Source: Malacoraja senta
Lineage: Eukaryota
Assembly: GCA_038087875.1 (NCBI GenBank)
Contig: CM075995.1
Coordinates: 1,242,001 to 1,306,000 of the forward strand
DNA length: 64,000 nt
Direction of reading: 5' to 3'
Shown here piece after piece: positions 10,901 through 22,900 of this stretch (position 1 is its first letter; every line of letters begins with the position of its first letter). Under the pieces are notes generated by a model. The model saw nothing but the letters and a program-made list of their open reading frames with translations, was not told the DNA's origin and ran no database searches. Both the position numbers and the translations under genes were made by a program.

Positions 10901-13900
10901 TGGAAACATCCTCTCCACATCCACTCTATCCAAGCCTTTCACTAGTCTGTATGTTTCAATGAGGTCCCCCCCTCATTCTTCTAAACTTCAGCGAGTACAG
11001 TCCCAGTGTCGACAAATGCTCATCATATGTAAACCCACTCGTTCCTGGGATCATTCTTGTAAACCTCCTCTGGATTCTCTCCAGAGCTAGGACATCCTTT
11101 CTCAGATATGGGGCCCAAAATTGCTTTCTATAGTCCAAATGCGACCTGACCAGCGCCTTATGGAGCCTCATCATTGTGGGAGAAATACGTGCGCACTGGG
11201 GTTGAGGGATGGGGGAAGAAAATGGGTTGTATTACTTGAAAATGGACGATTCAATGTTCATGCTGTTGCGTCTTAGGTTGTGGAGAGGTTGTACATTTGG
11301 TCAAAAAGAGAAATGAAGCACATACAAGGTTCAGGAAGATGAAATCTGGGCCTTTGAGGAATAGAAGGCAAGCAGGAAAGAACCCGAGCAGGCAATTGTA
11401 AGGGCCAAAAGAGGCCACAAAATGTCATTGACAAATCTGACAAAAGAAAATCCCTCGCTTTTGCCGTCCAAAAACGAGGGAATTTGCCCTTGGAGTCAGA
11501 GGATGTTGTCAAGGTTCTAAATGAGTACTTTGCATCTGTGTTCACCAAGAACCTTTCCTTTAGAAGGATGAGGAGGGACCCTCATTGAAGTTTATTGAAT
11601 AGTGAAAGGCCTGCAGAGTGGATGTGGAGATGATGTTTCCACTAGTGGGAGAGTCCAGAACCAGAGGAGGGTACGGCCTCAATAAAAGGACGTATACCTT
11701 TAGAAAGTAAATGAGAAGGAATTTCTTTAGAGAGGGTGGTGAATCTGTGGAATTCATTGTCACAGATGGCAGTGGAGGCCAAGTCATTGGTTTTTTTGAA
11801 GGTGGAGATTAACTGGTTCTTAATTAGTACAGGTGTCAGGGATGATGGGGAGAAGGCGGAAGAATGGGGTTGAGAGGGAGAGACAGATCAGCCATGATTG
11901 AATGGCGTAGTAGACTTGATGGGCCGAATGGCCTAATTCTGCCCGTATGACGTACATCCATTCCGTTGGTGTTAACTGTTCTCTGAAGTTCCACATTCTT
12001 GCCGCACTTGGTGACTATCTTTTTAGTTATGCTTTTCCTGTCGATAAAACACGTTCTTTTTTCATTTTCTACTGTGAAATCTTTCATGCTTTTTAAAAGT
12101 CCTTTACACCCTTAGCCTTCTCAAGAGAAGAATCAACCTATGTAGTCTCTATCCTTCGGTTATTTTTCCAATTTTTGCCGAAACTGTCGGTTCTGAAAGC
12201 CGTAGCAAAATATTTAATGTTTTATTTGCTTTGGCCTGATCTTCCAAGTCTAGATGCCCATTTCTGGAGACCTGCTCTCTTCAGTTGCTCTTTTGCTTTC
12301 ATTATGATTATAAAAACCTTTAATAAAATCTGCAATGTTTGCTTTGCTGACTTTAAAACCTGGTGCATAGTGGAATGGTTTAATGTCTGAATGCAGTTCT
12401 GTTGTATTTTGTTTAAAGTTGGGAAGCCTTTGTTTTGCTTGTGCTAAAATTCCACAGAGCTGCCAGGTCAGGTCTTGATAATGTTTTCAAGGCAGGTTAC
12501 TGACTTGTTCATCTTTGGTGCAGAACGACATTAAATATCTTCCAAAATGGCAGGCAAACTAATCATTTCCAATGGTGCAGGACCTATCTACTCCTCAAAA
12601 GACTAGTAAGGGTGTCAAGGGTTATGGGGAGAAGGCAGGAGAATTGCATTGAGAGGGAAAGATAAATCAGCCATGATTGAATGGCAGACTAGACTTGATT
12701 CATAGTGTTAAAGAAGGAACTGCAGATGCTGGAAAATCGAAGGTACACAAAAATGCTGGAGAAACTCAGCGGGTGCAGCAGCATCTATGGAGCGAAGGAA
12801 ATAGGCAACGTTTCGGGCCGAAACCCTTCTTCAGACTTGATTCATAAGTGAGTTCATAAGTGATAGGATGAGAATTAAACCATTCGGCCCATCAAGGAAT
12901 GAGTGGGGTAAGATATGATGATCAGTTCCTGTGGATTGGAGGGTAGCTAATGTTATCCCACTTTTTAAATAGTGGAGGGAGAGAAAACAGGGAATTATAG
13001 ACCAGTTAGCCTGACATCAGTGGTGGGGAAGATGCTGGAGTCAATTATAAAAGATGAAATAGCGGCACATTTGGATATCAGTAACAGGTTTGGTCTGAGT
13101 CAGCATGGATTTACGAAGGGGAAATAATGCTTGACTAATCTTCTGGAATTTTTTGAGGATGTAACTAGGAAAATGGACATGGGAGAGCCAGTGGATGTAG
13201 TGTACCTGGACTTTCAGAAAGTCTTTGGTAAGGTCCCACATAGGTGATTAGTGGGTAAAATAATTGTGGGACATGGTATTGGGGGTAGGGTACTGACATG
13301 GATAGAAAATTGGTTGGCAGACAGGAAACAAAGAGTAGGGATTAACGGGTCCCTTTCAGAATGGCAGGCAGTGACTAGTGAGGTACCGCAGGGCTCGGTG
13401 CAGGGACCGCAGCTATTTACAATATACATTAATGATTTAGATGAAGGGATTCAAAGTAACATTAGCAAATTTGCAGATGATACAAAGCTGGGTGGCAGCG
13501 TGAACTGAGGAGGATGCAGGGTGACTTGGACAGGTTGGGCGAGTGGGCAGATGCATGGCAGATGCAGTTTAATGTGGATAAATGTGAGGTTATCCACTTT
13601 GGTGGCAAGAACAGGAAGGCAGATTGTTATCTGAATGGTGTCAAGTTAGGAAAAGGGGAAGTACAACGAGATCTGGGTGTCCTTGTTCATCAGTCACTGA
13701 AAGTAAGCATGCAGGTACAGCAGGCAGTGAAGAAAGCTAATGGCATGTTGGCCTTCATAACGAGAGGAGCTGAGTATAGGAGCAAAGAAGTCCTTAGTAC
13801 AGGGCCTGAGTGACACCGCACCTGGAGTATTGTGTGCAGTTTTGGTCTCCAAATTTGTGGAAGGACATTCTTGCTATTGAGGGAGTGCAGAGTAGGTTCA

Positions 13901-16900
13901 CAAGGTTAATTCCCGGGATGGCTGGACTGTCATGTGCTGAGAGAATGGAGCAGCTGGGCTTGTATACACTGGAATTTAGAAGGATGAGAGGGAATCTTAT
14001 TGAAACATATAAGATTATTAAGGGATTGGGCACGCTAGAGGCAGGAAACATGTTCCCGATGTTGGGGGTCCAGAACCAGGGGCCACAGTTTAAGAATAAG
14101 GGGTAGGCCATTTAGAACGGAGATGAGGAAAAACGTTTTCACCCAGAGTTGTGAAACTGTGGAATTCTCTGCCTTGGAAAGCTGTGGAGGCCAATTCTTT
14201 GGATGCTTTCAAGAGAGAGTTAGATAGAGCTCTTAAAGATAGCGGAGTCAAGGGAGAAGGCAGGAACGGGGTACTGATTGTGGATGATCACCCATGATCA
14301 CAGTGAATGGCGGTGCTGGTTCGAAGGTCCGGAAGGCCTACTCCTGTACCTATTGTCTATTGTCATTTGACGGCACTGTGCCTCTATTCGCTGGAGTTTA
14401 GAAGGATGAGGGAGACCTCACTGAAGCTTAATGAATAGTGAAAGGCCTGCATAGAGTGGATGTGGAGGATGTTTCCACTCATGGGAGAGTCTTGGACCTT
14501 AGGCCACAGCCTCAATAAAAGGACATTCATTTAGGAAGGAGATGAAGAATCTCATTAATCAGAGGGTGGTGAATCTGTGGAATCCATTGCCACAGAAGGC
14601 TGTGGAGGCCAGGTCAATGGATATTTTTATGGATAGATTCTTGATTGGTACGGGTGTCAAGGGTTGTGGGGAGATGGCAGGAGAATGGGTTTAAGAGGGA
14701 AAGATAGATCAGCCATTATTGAAATCACGCTTGACTGATGATCTTATGAAGACTGCTGGAGCCAACCGTTGTGATGAAGATGCTGGAATGTTTGTGAAAT
14801 GAGTTTACACAATTATTTTATAGGCAGGCACGTGTTGTTGCTGGGTTTAAGCAAGGCTTTCACAAGGCTGTTGAGTTGCAAAATCTTGTACATGGCCTTT
14901 GGAAGAAAGTTGCTGCAAGAGAAGGGAGCAAACATTACAAAAGAATTGTTCGATGGTCACATTGGCCTGGGATGTTTTAAGTAGAAATTTGTTGCCAAGT
15001 AGCCTATACAGTTAATTGTAAACATAGCTTCTTTCACCTTTGGACATTGGAGGACTTGAGGCAATGGTTACAAGTATTTATTTTTTGTTATGCCTCCATG
15101 AGTTGGAATGTTAATGTTGCTTGGCTGTACATCAGAAAAACAACCACAGCTCAAGTTCAAATGTCTCGCTGAGTTACTCCAGCATTTTGTGCCTACCTTC
15201 AATTAAAAATGATATGCTTCAGCTTTAGTGACAGTGAAGGGGCTAAATATGTTCCACATCATTTTGGGGGGAGCTTAAATTGGTAAAGAAGAATCAGCAC
15301 GGATTATTTTCGTATTCCCCCTTTTTCCATCCCTCTCCCATCCAAGTCATGTGATAGGAGCAGAATTAGGCTATTCGGCCCATCAAGTCTACTCCGCCAT
15401 TCAATCCTGGCTGATCTATCTCCCTCGTAAACCCATTCTCCTGCCTTCTCCCTGTACCCGTACTAATCAAGAATCTATCTATCTCTGCCTTAAAAATATC
15501 CACTGACTTGGTTTCCACAGCCTTCTGTGGCAAAGAATTTCACAGATTCACCACCCTCTGACTAAAGAAATTCCTCCTCATATCCTTTCTAAATGAATGT
15601 TCTTTAATTCTGAGGCTAAGCCTCTGGTCTTAGACTCTCCCACTGGCGGAAGTATCCACTCTATCCAAGCCTTTCACTAATGTGTATGTTTGAATGATGT
15701 CCCTCATTCTTCTAAACTCCAGCGAATACAGGCTCAGTACCAGCAAATGCTCATCATATGTTAACACACTCATTCCTGGGATCGTTCATGTAAACCTCTC
15801 CTGGACCCTCTCCAGAGCCAGCACATTCCTATTCATCTCCTTGCTAAAAGAACATCCTTTATATCACCTCCATCATATGTCCTGCCCCCAGCACCAGCTT
15901 AACTGGGTCCCCTGCTAAGTGCGAGGAATTTACTACATTTTTCACCAGCAAAGTTAAGAACATCAGAACAAATATTTCCCCTCCCATCCGTGACCTGGCT
16001 GTCTCATTGGTCTGTTCTTAAAAATTAGACTGTTTCCAACCCGTTACTCTACCCTTCCTTGTAAAACTGGTCACCACCATGAAACCTACTACCTGACCCC
16101 TCGACATTGTCTCCTCTGCCCTTCTGAAGGATGTCATTACAATAGCCGGTCCCAGCATCCTCGCCATCTTCAACAGTTCTCTGGCCACTGGCACTGTTCC
16201 TACCTGCTTCAAGCATGCGGTGGTCCAGTCCATCCTGAAAAAACCTAACCTCGACCCCACCTTGCCAAGCAACTGCAGACCTATTTCAAAACTGCCTTTC
16301 CTTTCAAAAGGCCTTGAAAAGGTAATTTTAAGTCTACTTATGCCTTACCTTCACCAAAATACTATCTTGGAAACTTTCCAATCAGGTGTCAGGGCTCACC
16401 ACAGCACAGAGTCTGCCTTGTTGAAGGTACATAATGACCTACTGCTCACCGTTGACTCCGGCGACTGTGCAATCCTGCTCCTTCTTGACCTCAGCGCAGC
16501 ATTTGATACTGTCGACCACACCATCCTAATTGACCGTCTCTGGTACGGGGTTGGTATTGATGGCACTGCCCTGAGTTGGTTCACCTCCTACCTCAAAGGT
16601 AGGAGTTTCTCTACTAACATAGGCAACTCTTTCTCCTCCCCAGCTAATCTCTGCTGCGGGGTTCCACAAGGCTCCATCCTTGGCCCCATTCTCTTCTCCC
16701 TGTATATGCTCCCCTTAGGCCAAGTCATTCAAAGGCACGGCATTTCCTTCCATTGCTATGCAGACGATACACAACTCTATCTCCCCCTGAAGCCCTAAAA
16801 CCGATCAAATCTACTTAACCATATCCACTGCCTCGAGGATATAAAGTGTTGGATGGCCCAGAACATCCTCCAACAAAACGAGAGTAAGTCTGAGGTCATC

Positions 16901-19900
16901 CTTCTCGGCCCCTCGGACTCAATCAAAATGATAGCAGGCAGCCTTGGAAGCCTTGCCCCACTACTCAAACCTCACATCAAATATCTTGGCTTGATATTTG
17001 ACTCAGCATTGAAATTTGACAAACAAGTCAATGCCGTGGTAAAAGCTAGCTTCTTCCAGCTTCGGACGATAGCTAAAATAAAAAATTCCTCCAGTTTGAT
17101 GACCTAGAAAAGATCATCCACACATTTATCTCCTCCCGCCTCGATTACTGCAACTCCCTTTACACTGGCATCAGCCAATCCTCCCTGTCCCGCCTGCAAC
17201 TGGTCCAAAACGCCGCAGCGAGACTCCTGACGGGCACCCGAAAAAGGGACCACATCACCCCGATCCTGACCTCTCTCCACTGGCTCCCTGTGCGGTTCTG
17301 AATAAATTTCAAGATCCATCTTTGTGTTTACAAAGCCCTTAACGGGCTTGCCCGCACCTACATCAAAAGTCTGCTTACCCACCACACCACCTCCAGGTCC
17401 GTCAGATCAACTGACTTGGGGTTACTGAACACCCCACGGTCTAGGCATAAGCTCAGGGGCGACCGCGCCTTTGCGGTTGTAGCTCCTAGACTGTGGAACA
17501 GCATCCCTCTTCCCATCAGAACTGCCCCCTCCATCGACTCTTTTAAGTCGAGACTTAAAACTCATCTTTACTCTCAAGCCTTTCTTGATGTCCTCTGAGG
17601 GAGGGCTATATGTATATATTTATGTATGTACTTAATCTATGAACCACTGTTGTATAAACGTTAGTACCTCCACCAATGTAAAGCACTTTGGTCAACGAGA
17701 GTTGTTTTTTAAATGTGCTGTGGAAATAAAAGTGACGACTTGACTTGACTTTAATTTTGAGGTTGTGACCTCTAGTTCTAGAGATTCTCCTACTGGTGGA
17801 TACATCCTCCAGTGGAAAATCGCCTCAGCTGCTCGTTCTCACCCAGCAAACAGCTAACTATGGCCTGTTTCCTTTATCATCGTTACTTTTTTTGCATATC
17901 TTTCCTTCGCTTGTTATACATCTCTCGTCTCCCTTCCCCCCTCCCCCCTCAGTCTAAAGAACGGTCTCAACCCAAAACCTCACCCATTCTTTCTCTCCAG
18001 AGATGCTGCCTGTCCCGCTGAGTTACTCCAACACTTTGTCTATCTTTGCTGAAGACTATTTGTGTTTGACTAACTCAATTTAAAAAAGAAATGAAGTAAT
18101 TGAGAGGGTGAAAAGGAATGCAGTGGATGTTGTTTATATGGGTTATCAGCAGGAATTTGATAGCTGATTAATGATTCCAGGGATGTGTGGGTTAGCATAT
18201 GATCAGCGTTTGACAGCACTGGGCCTCTACTCGCTGGAGTTTAGGTTGAGGGGGGGACCTCATTGAAGCTTACAGCATAATGAAAGGCTTGGGTAGAATG
18301 GATGTGGAGAGGATGTTTCCACTGGTGGAAGAGTCTCGGTCTAGAGGTTAAAGGGCGCTCTTTTAGAAAGGAGGTGAGGAGGAACTTCTTTTGTCAGAGG
18401 GTAGTTAATCTGTGGAATTCATTGCCACAGAGGGTCGTGGAGGCCAAGTCAGCGGATAATTTAAGGCAGAGATAGGCAAGTTCTTGATTAGAATGGTTGT
18501 CAAGGATTATGGGGAAAAGGCAGGAAAATGGGATTTGGTGGCAGAGATCGGCCATGATTGAATGGCGGAGTAGACTCGATGGGCCAAATGGCCTAATTCT
18601 ACTCCTATAACTTGTGAACTTGTCAAGTGAAATAGAGGTCCATGGAATTAAATGGTCAGTAGCATCCTGAGCAGGGAGTAAACACTGAGGTAGGCAACTG
18701 TAGAACAGCACAGAATGTATTTTTCCCCCAGACTGGACTGTGTTAGATGTGGTGAGCGTCAGTGGTCTGACTAAGATGGTCTGAAGAAGGGTCTCGACCT
18801 GAAACGTTACGTGCTCCATTTCTCCAGAGATGCCGCCTGACCCGCTGAGTTACTCCAGCCTATCTTCAGTGCTCTGACTAATTGTTTTTTGAAATGTATT
18901 TATGATTAGACATGAACGTGGAAGTCTTAGGCGTTGGTTCTGAGAGTGAGGGATTGTGCTTGAGTAAAAAAAAAACACAAGTGCTGGAGGAACTCGGTGG
19001 GTAAGACAGCATCTGAGGATGGAAATGGGCAGACTATGTTTCAAAATGTGCAGAGAATGCAAAGCTGAGAAGCAAAGAGGATAAAAATGGCCGACATGGG
19101 GCGGCAAGGTGGCGCAGCGGTAGAGTTGCTGTCTTACAGCGCCAGAGACCGGGTTCATTCCTGACTATGGATACTATCTGTCCAAAGTTTGTACATTCTC
19201 CCTGTGACCGAGTGGGATTTCTTCGGGTGTTCTGGTTTCGTCCCACACTCCAAAGACGCGCAGGTTAATTGGCTTTGGTAAAATTGCTTGTGTACAGGGT
19301 GATCGCTGGTCGGCGCGGACTCGGTGGTCCGAAGTGTCTGTTTCCGCGCTGTATCTCGGAAGTCTAAAGATGAGGTGGATGCACTGAATGGTTAGGGATG
19401 GGTAGGTAAATTTAATATAGGGGAATTGGGAAGAGATGTGCTTTAGCAGAACAAGAGATTTACCCAAATGGCACCGCTGTTGATGGTGTGCGGGAACAGG
19501 GGCCCCCAGTGTGTAAATGCACAAATTGAAGTTGGCAGGACAGGGTGAAATTGGTTGCTGAAGCCACGGGGAATCTGAAATTCATAAACTGAGTCACAGT
19601 GTGCAAGGTCGGGGAGTTGTGTGCCCACCTGTACAAAACATTGTTCAGGCCACAGTTGGAATGGTGTTCAATAACAGTCTCCATATTTTCAGAGGGACGT
19701 GAATATCTTGGGCATTGGTTCGAAAAGTGGTGAAAATTACTTGAGGAGAAAAAAACAGCTGTCGGAACTCAATGGGTCAGGCAGCATCGGGAGGGAAATA
19801 GGAGACTAAATCTCCTGCCGGGACCCTTCTTAAGAATGATGGAGTAGAGCAAAAAAAGCTGGAAAAGAGAGGTTGGGGCGAGGCACAGAAAATAGGTGCA

Positions 19901-22900
19901 GGAGTAGGCCATTTGGGCCTTGGAGCCAGCACCGCCATTCAATATGATCATGGCTGATCATCCAAAATCAGTACCCCGTTCCTGCTTTTTTCCCCCATAT
20001 CCCTTGCTTCCGTTGGCAGGTGAGGGGTGAAAACAGTGACAAAGGCTAGAGGTGAAATGGAGACAAGGGTAGTTTATTGTCACCTACACCGAGGTTCAGT
20101 GGAAAGCTTTTGTGTTGCGTTCCATCCAGTCAGCGGGAAGCCTACATGGATTACAATCAGTGTACAGGGTAAAGGGAATAAATAGGGAAATGGAGGATGG
20201 AGCCGCTGACAGTGATGGAAGCACCAGGCGAGTCCGGTGGGAGAGGGGACCGGCGGTGTGGCTTACTGCACCCTCAAAATAGTCTGTGGGAGGCACCCCG
20301 GAGCACAAAGGTGGACGGGAGGGGGGGGGGGGGGAACATCGCGTCCGAGGGAGACGATGGCTGGTGGCCTGCAGCAGCCTGGGGCTTGCCTGGATCGGGC
20401 ACCGCTCAGAAAAACCAGAGTGCAGACTTTGAAAACGGTGCCTCTTGCATGAGGGCTCAGTAGCCTATTTCTGTACACTTGCCGTCAAGGGTGTGTTTAG
20501 GTAGAGGAATACTGCACTGGACTGTATGTGAAATAATTTGACACTGCATTTACACGTGACGATAAAAGCCCCACTGTATTCACCATTGAATGTTTAGTGC
20601 AAGGTTAAGTCTGATTAAAGATACTCCAATGAGGTAGATGGTAGATCAGGACTGCTCTCCAGTTGGTGATAGGATGGTTCAGTTGCCTGATAACAGCTGG
20701 GAAGAAACTGCTCCTGAACCTGGAGGTGTGCGTTTTTACACGTCTGTACCTCTTGCCCGGTTGGAGAGGGGAGAAGAGGAAGTGACCCGGGGGTGAGACT
20801 TGTCCTTGATTATGCTGGTGGCCTTGCCAAGGCAGCATCAGTAGGGATTTAATGTGCAAGATGAATCTTCAAAAGCTGGGCGTATGGTATCGGGTCCAAG
20901 GTTGGGGGGACGTTGTGATCGAGCTGTACAAGATAGGGAAGCTGTTCCCACCTGCAGATTGTTCAAAAGGCAGGAGGCTTTTGGGGTTTAACCTTTCTTA
21001 CAAAAGATACAAGACACAAGAAAGACGTAGACAGGAGGAACTACAGATGCTGGTTTACAAAAAAAGGCACGGAGTGTTGAAGTAACTCAACAGGTGTGAC
21101 ATCATCTTTGTGTAGTTTAGAGATGCAGCGTGGAAACAGGCCCTTCAGCCCACCGAGTTTGCGCCGACCTGCAATCCCCACACACTAGCACGATCCTACA
21201 CACACTAGAGACAATTTACAATTCTGCCAAGCGAATTAATCTACATACCTGTACATCTTTGGAGTGTGGGAGGAAACTGGAGATCCCAGTGAGAACCCAC
21301 GCAGGTCATGGAGAGAACAGACAAACTCCCTACAGACAGCACCCGTTGTCAGGATTGAACCCGGGTTTCTTGTCATGGGCAAGGTGAGCTGAAAGGCCTG
21401 TATCCGTGCTGTATAGTTCTATACATTCATGTTATAGGAGCAGAGTTAAGCCATTTGGATCATCAAGTCTACTCTGCCGTTGAATCATGGCTGATCTATC
21501 TTTTCTTCTCAACCCATTCTCCTGCCTTCTCCCCATAACCCCTGACACCTGTACTAATCAAGAATCTGTTAATCTTCGCCTTAAATACCCAATGACTTGG
21601 CATCAACAGCCGTCTATGGCAGTGAATTCCACAGATTCGCCACCCATGACAGAAATTCTTCCTCATCTCCATTCTAAAGGTACGTCTGTTTATTCTGAAG
21701 CTATGGCCACTGCTCCTGGACTCTACCACTCGTGGAAACATCCTCTCCACATTCTCAATATCCAGGCCTTTCGCTATTGGCTATGTTTCAATGTCCACCC
21801 CCCTCATCCTTCTAAACTCCAGCGAGTACAGGCCCAGTGCTGTCAAATGTTCATCATATGTTAACCCAATCATTTTCTAATCATCCTCTGGAACCCTCTC
21901 CAGTGCCAGCACATCTTTCCTCAGATTTGGGGCCCAAAACTGCTTACTGTGTCTCTGTTCCAGCATACAAAGCAGAAGAGAGGACTGGAACAGTCATAGA
22001 ATTGCAGAGCAAGGAAACGGGCCCTTCGGCTCAGCTTATCCACTGTGGATCCAGTGGTGGAGCAAGAACATTAGAAGTGTGTACGAAGGAACTGCAGACG
22101 CTGGTCTAAAACAAAGATAGACACAAAATGCTGGAGTACCTCGGCGGGACAGGCAGCATCTCTGGAGAGAAGGAATGGGTGACGTTTCTCGAGAAGGGTC
22201 TCGACCCGAAACGTCACCCATTCCTTCTCCCCAGAGATGCTGCCTGTCCCGCCGAGTTACTCCAGCATTTTGTGTCTATCATAAGAAATTGGTACCTGAC
22301 CGTTGGACATGTTTCTGAATTCCAGCGGTGACATGAGCTTGCATTTCACCAGGGAGCCTTTCGCAAAGCACATAACTTGCAGTTTAAATCTTTTCTTTTC
22401 CAGGGTAATTTAAGGGAGTTCTTTTTGGGAAACATAGAGCATAGAGGAGAGGATGTTTCCACTCGTGGATGAGTCTAAGACCAGAGTTTATAGTCTCGGA
22501 ATTAAAGAACGTACCTTTAGAAAGGAGATGAGGAAGAATTTCTTTAGTCAGGGGGTGGTGAATCTGTGGAATTCATTGCCACAGACGGCTGTGGAGCCCA
22601 AGCCAATGGATATTTTTAAGGCGGTGATTGACAGATTCTTGATTAGTACGGGTGTCAGGGGATATGGGATGAAGGCAGGAGAATGGGGTTGAGAGGGAAA
22701 CATGGATCAGCCATGATGAAATGGCGGAGTAGTTTAGTTTATTGTCACGTGTGCAGTGAAAGGCTTTTGTCGTGTGTTATCAGCGGAAAGACGCCACACA
22801 ATTACAATGATTACACGACCCGAAACGTTGCCTATTTCCTCCGCTCCATAGATGCTGCCGCACCCCGCTGAGTTTCTCCAGCACTTTTGTCTACCTTTGA

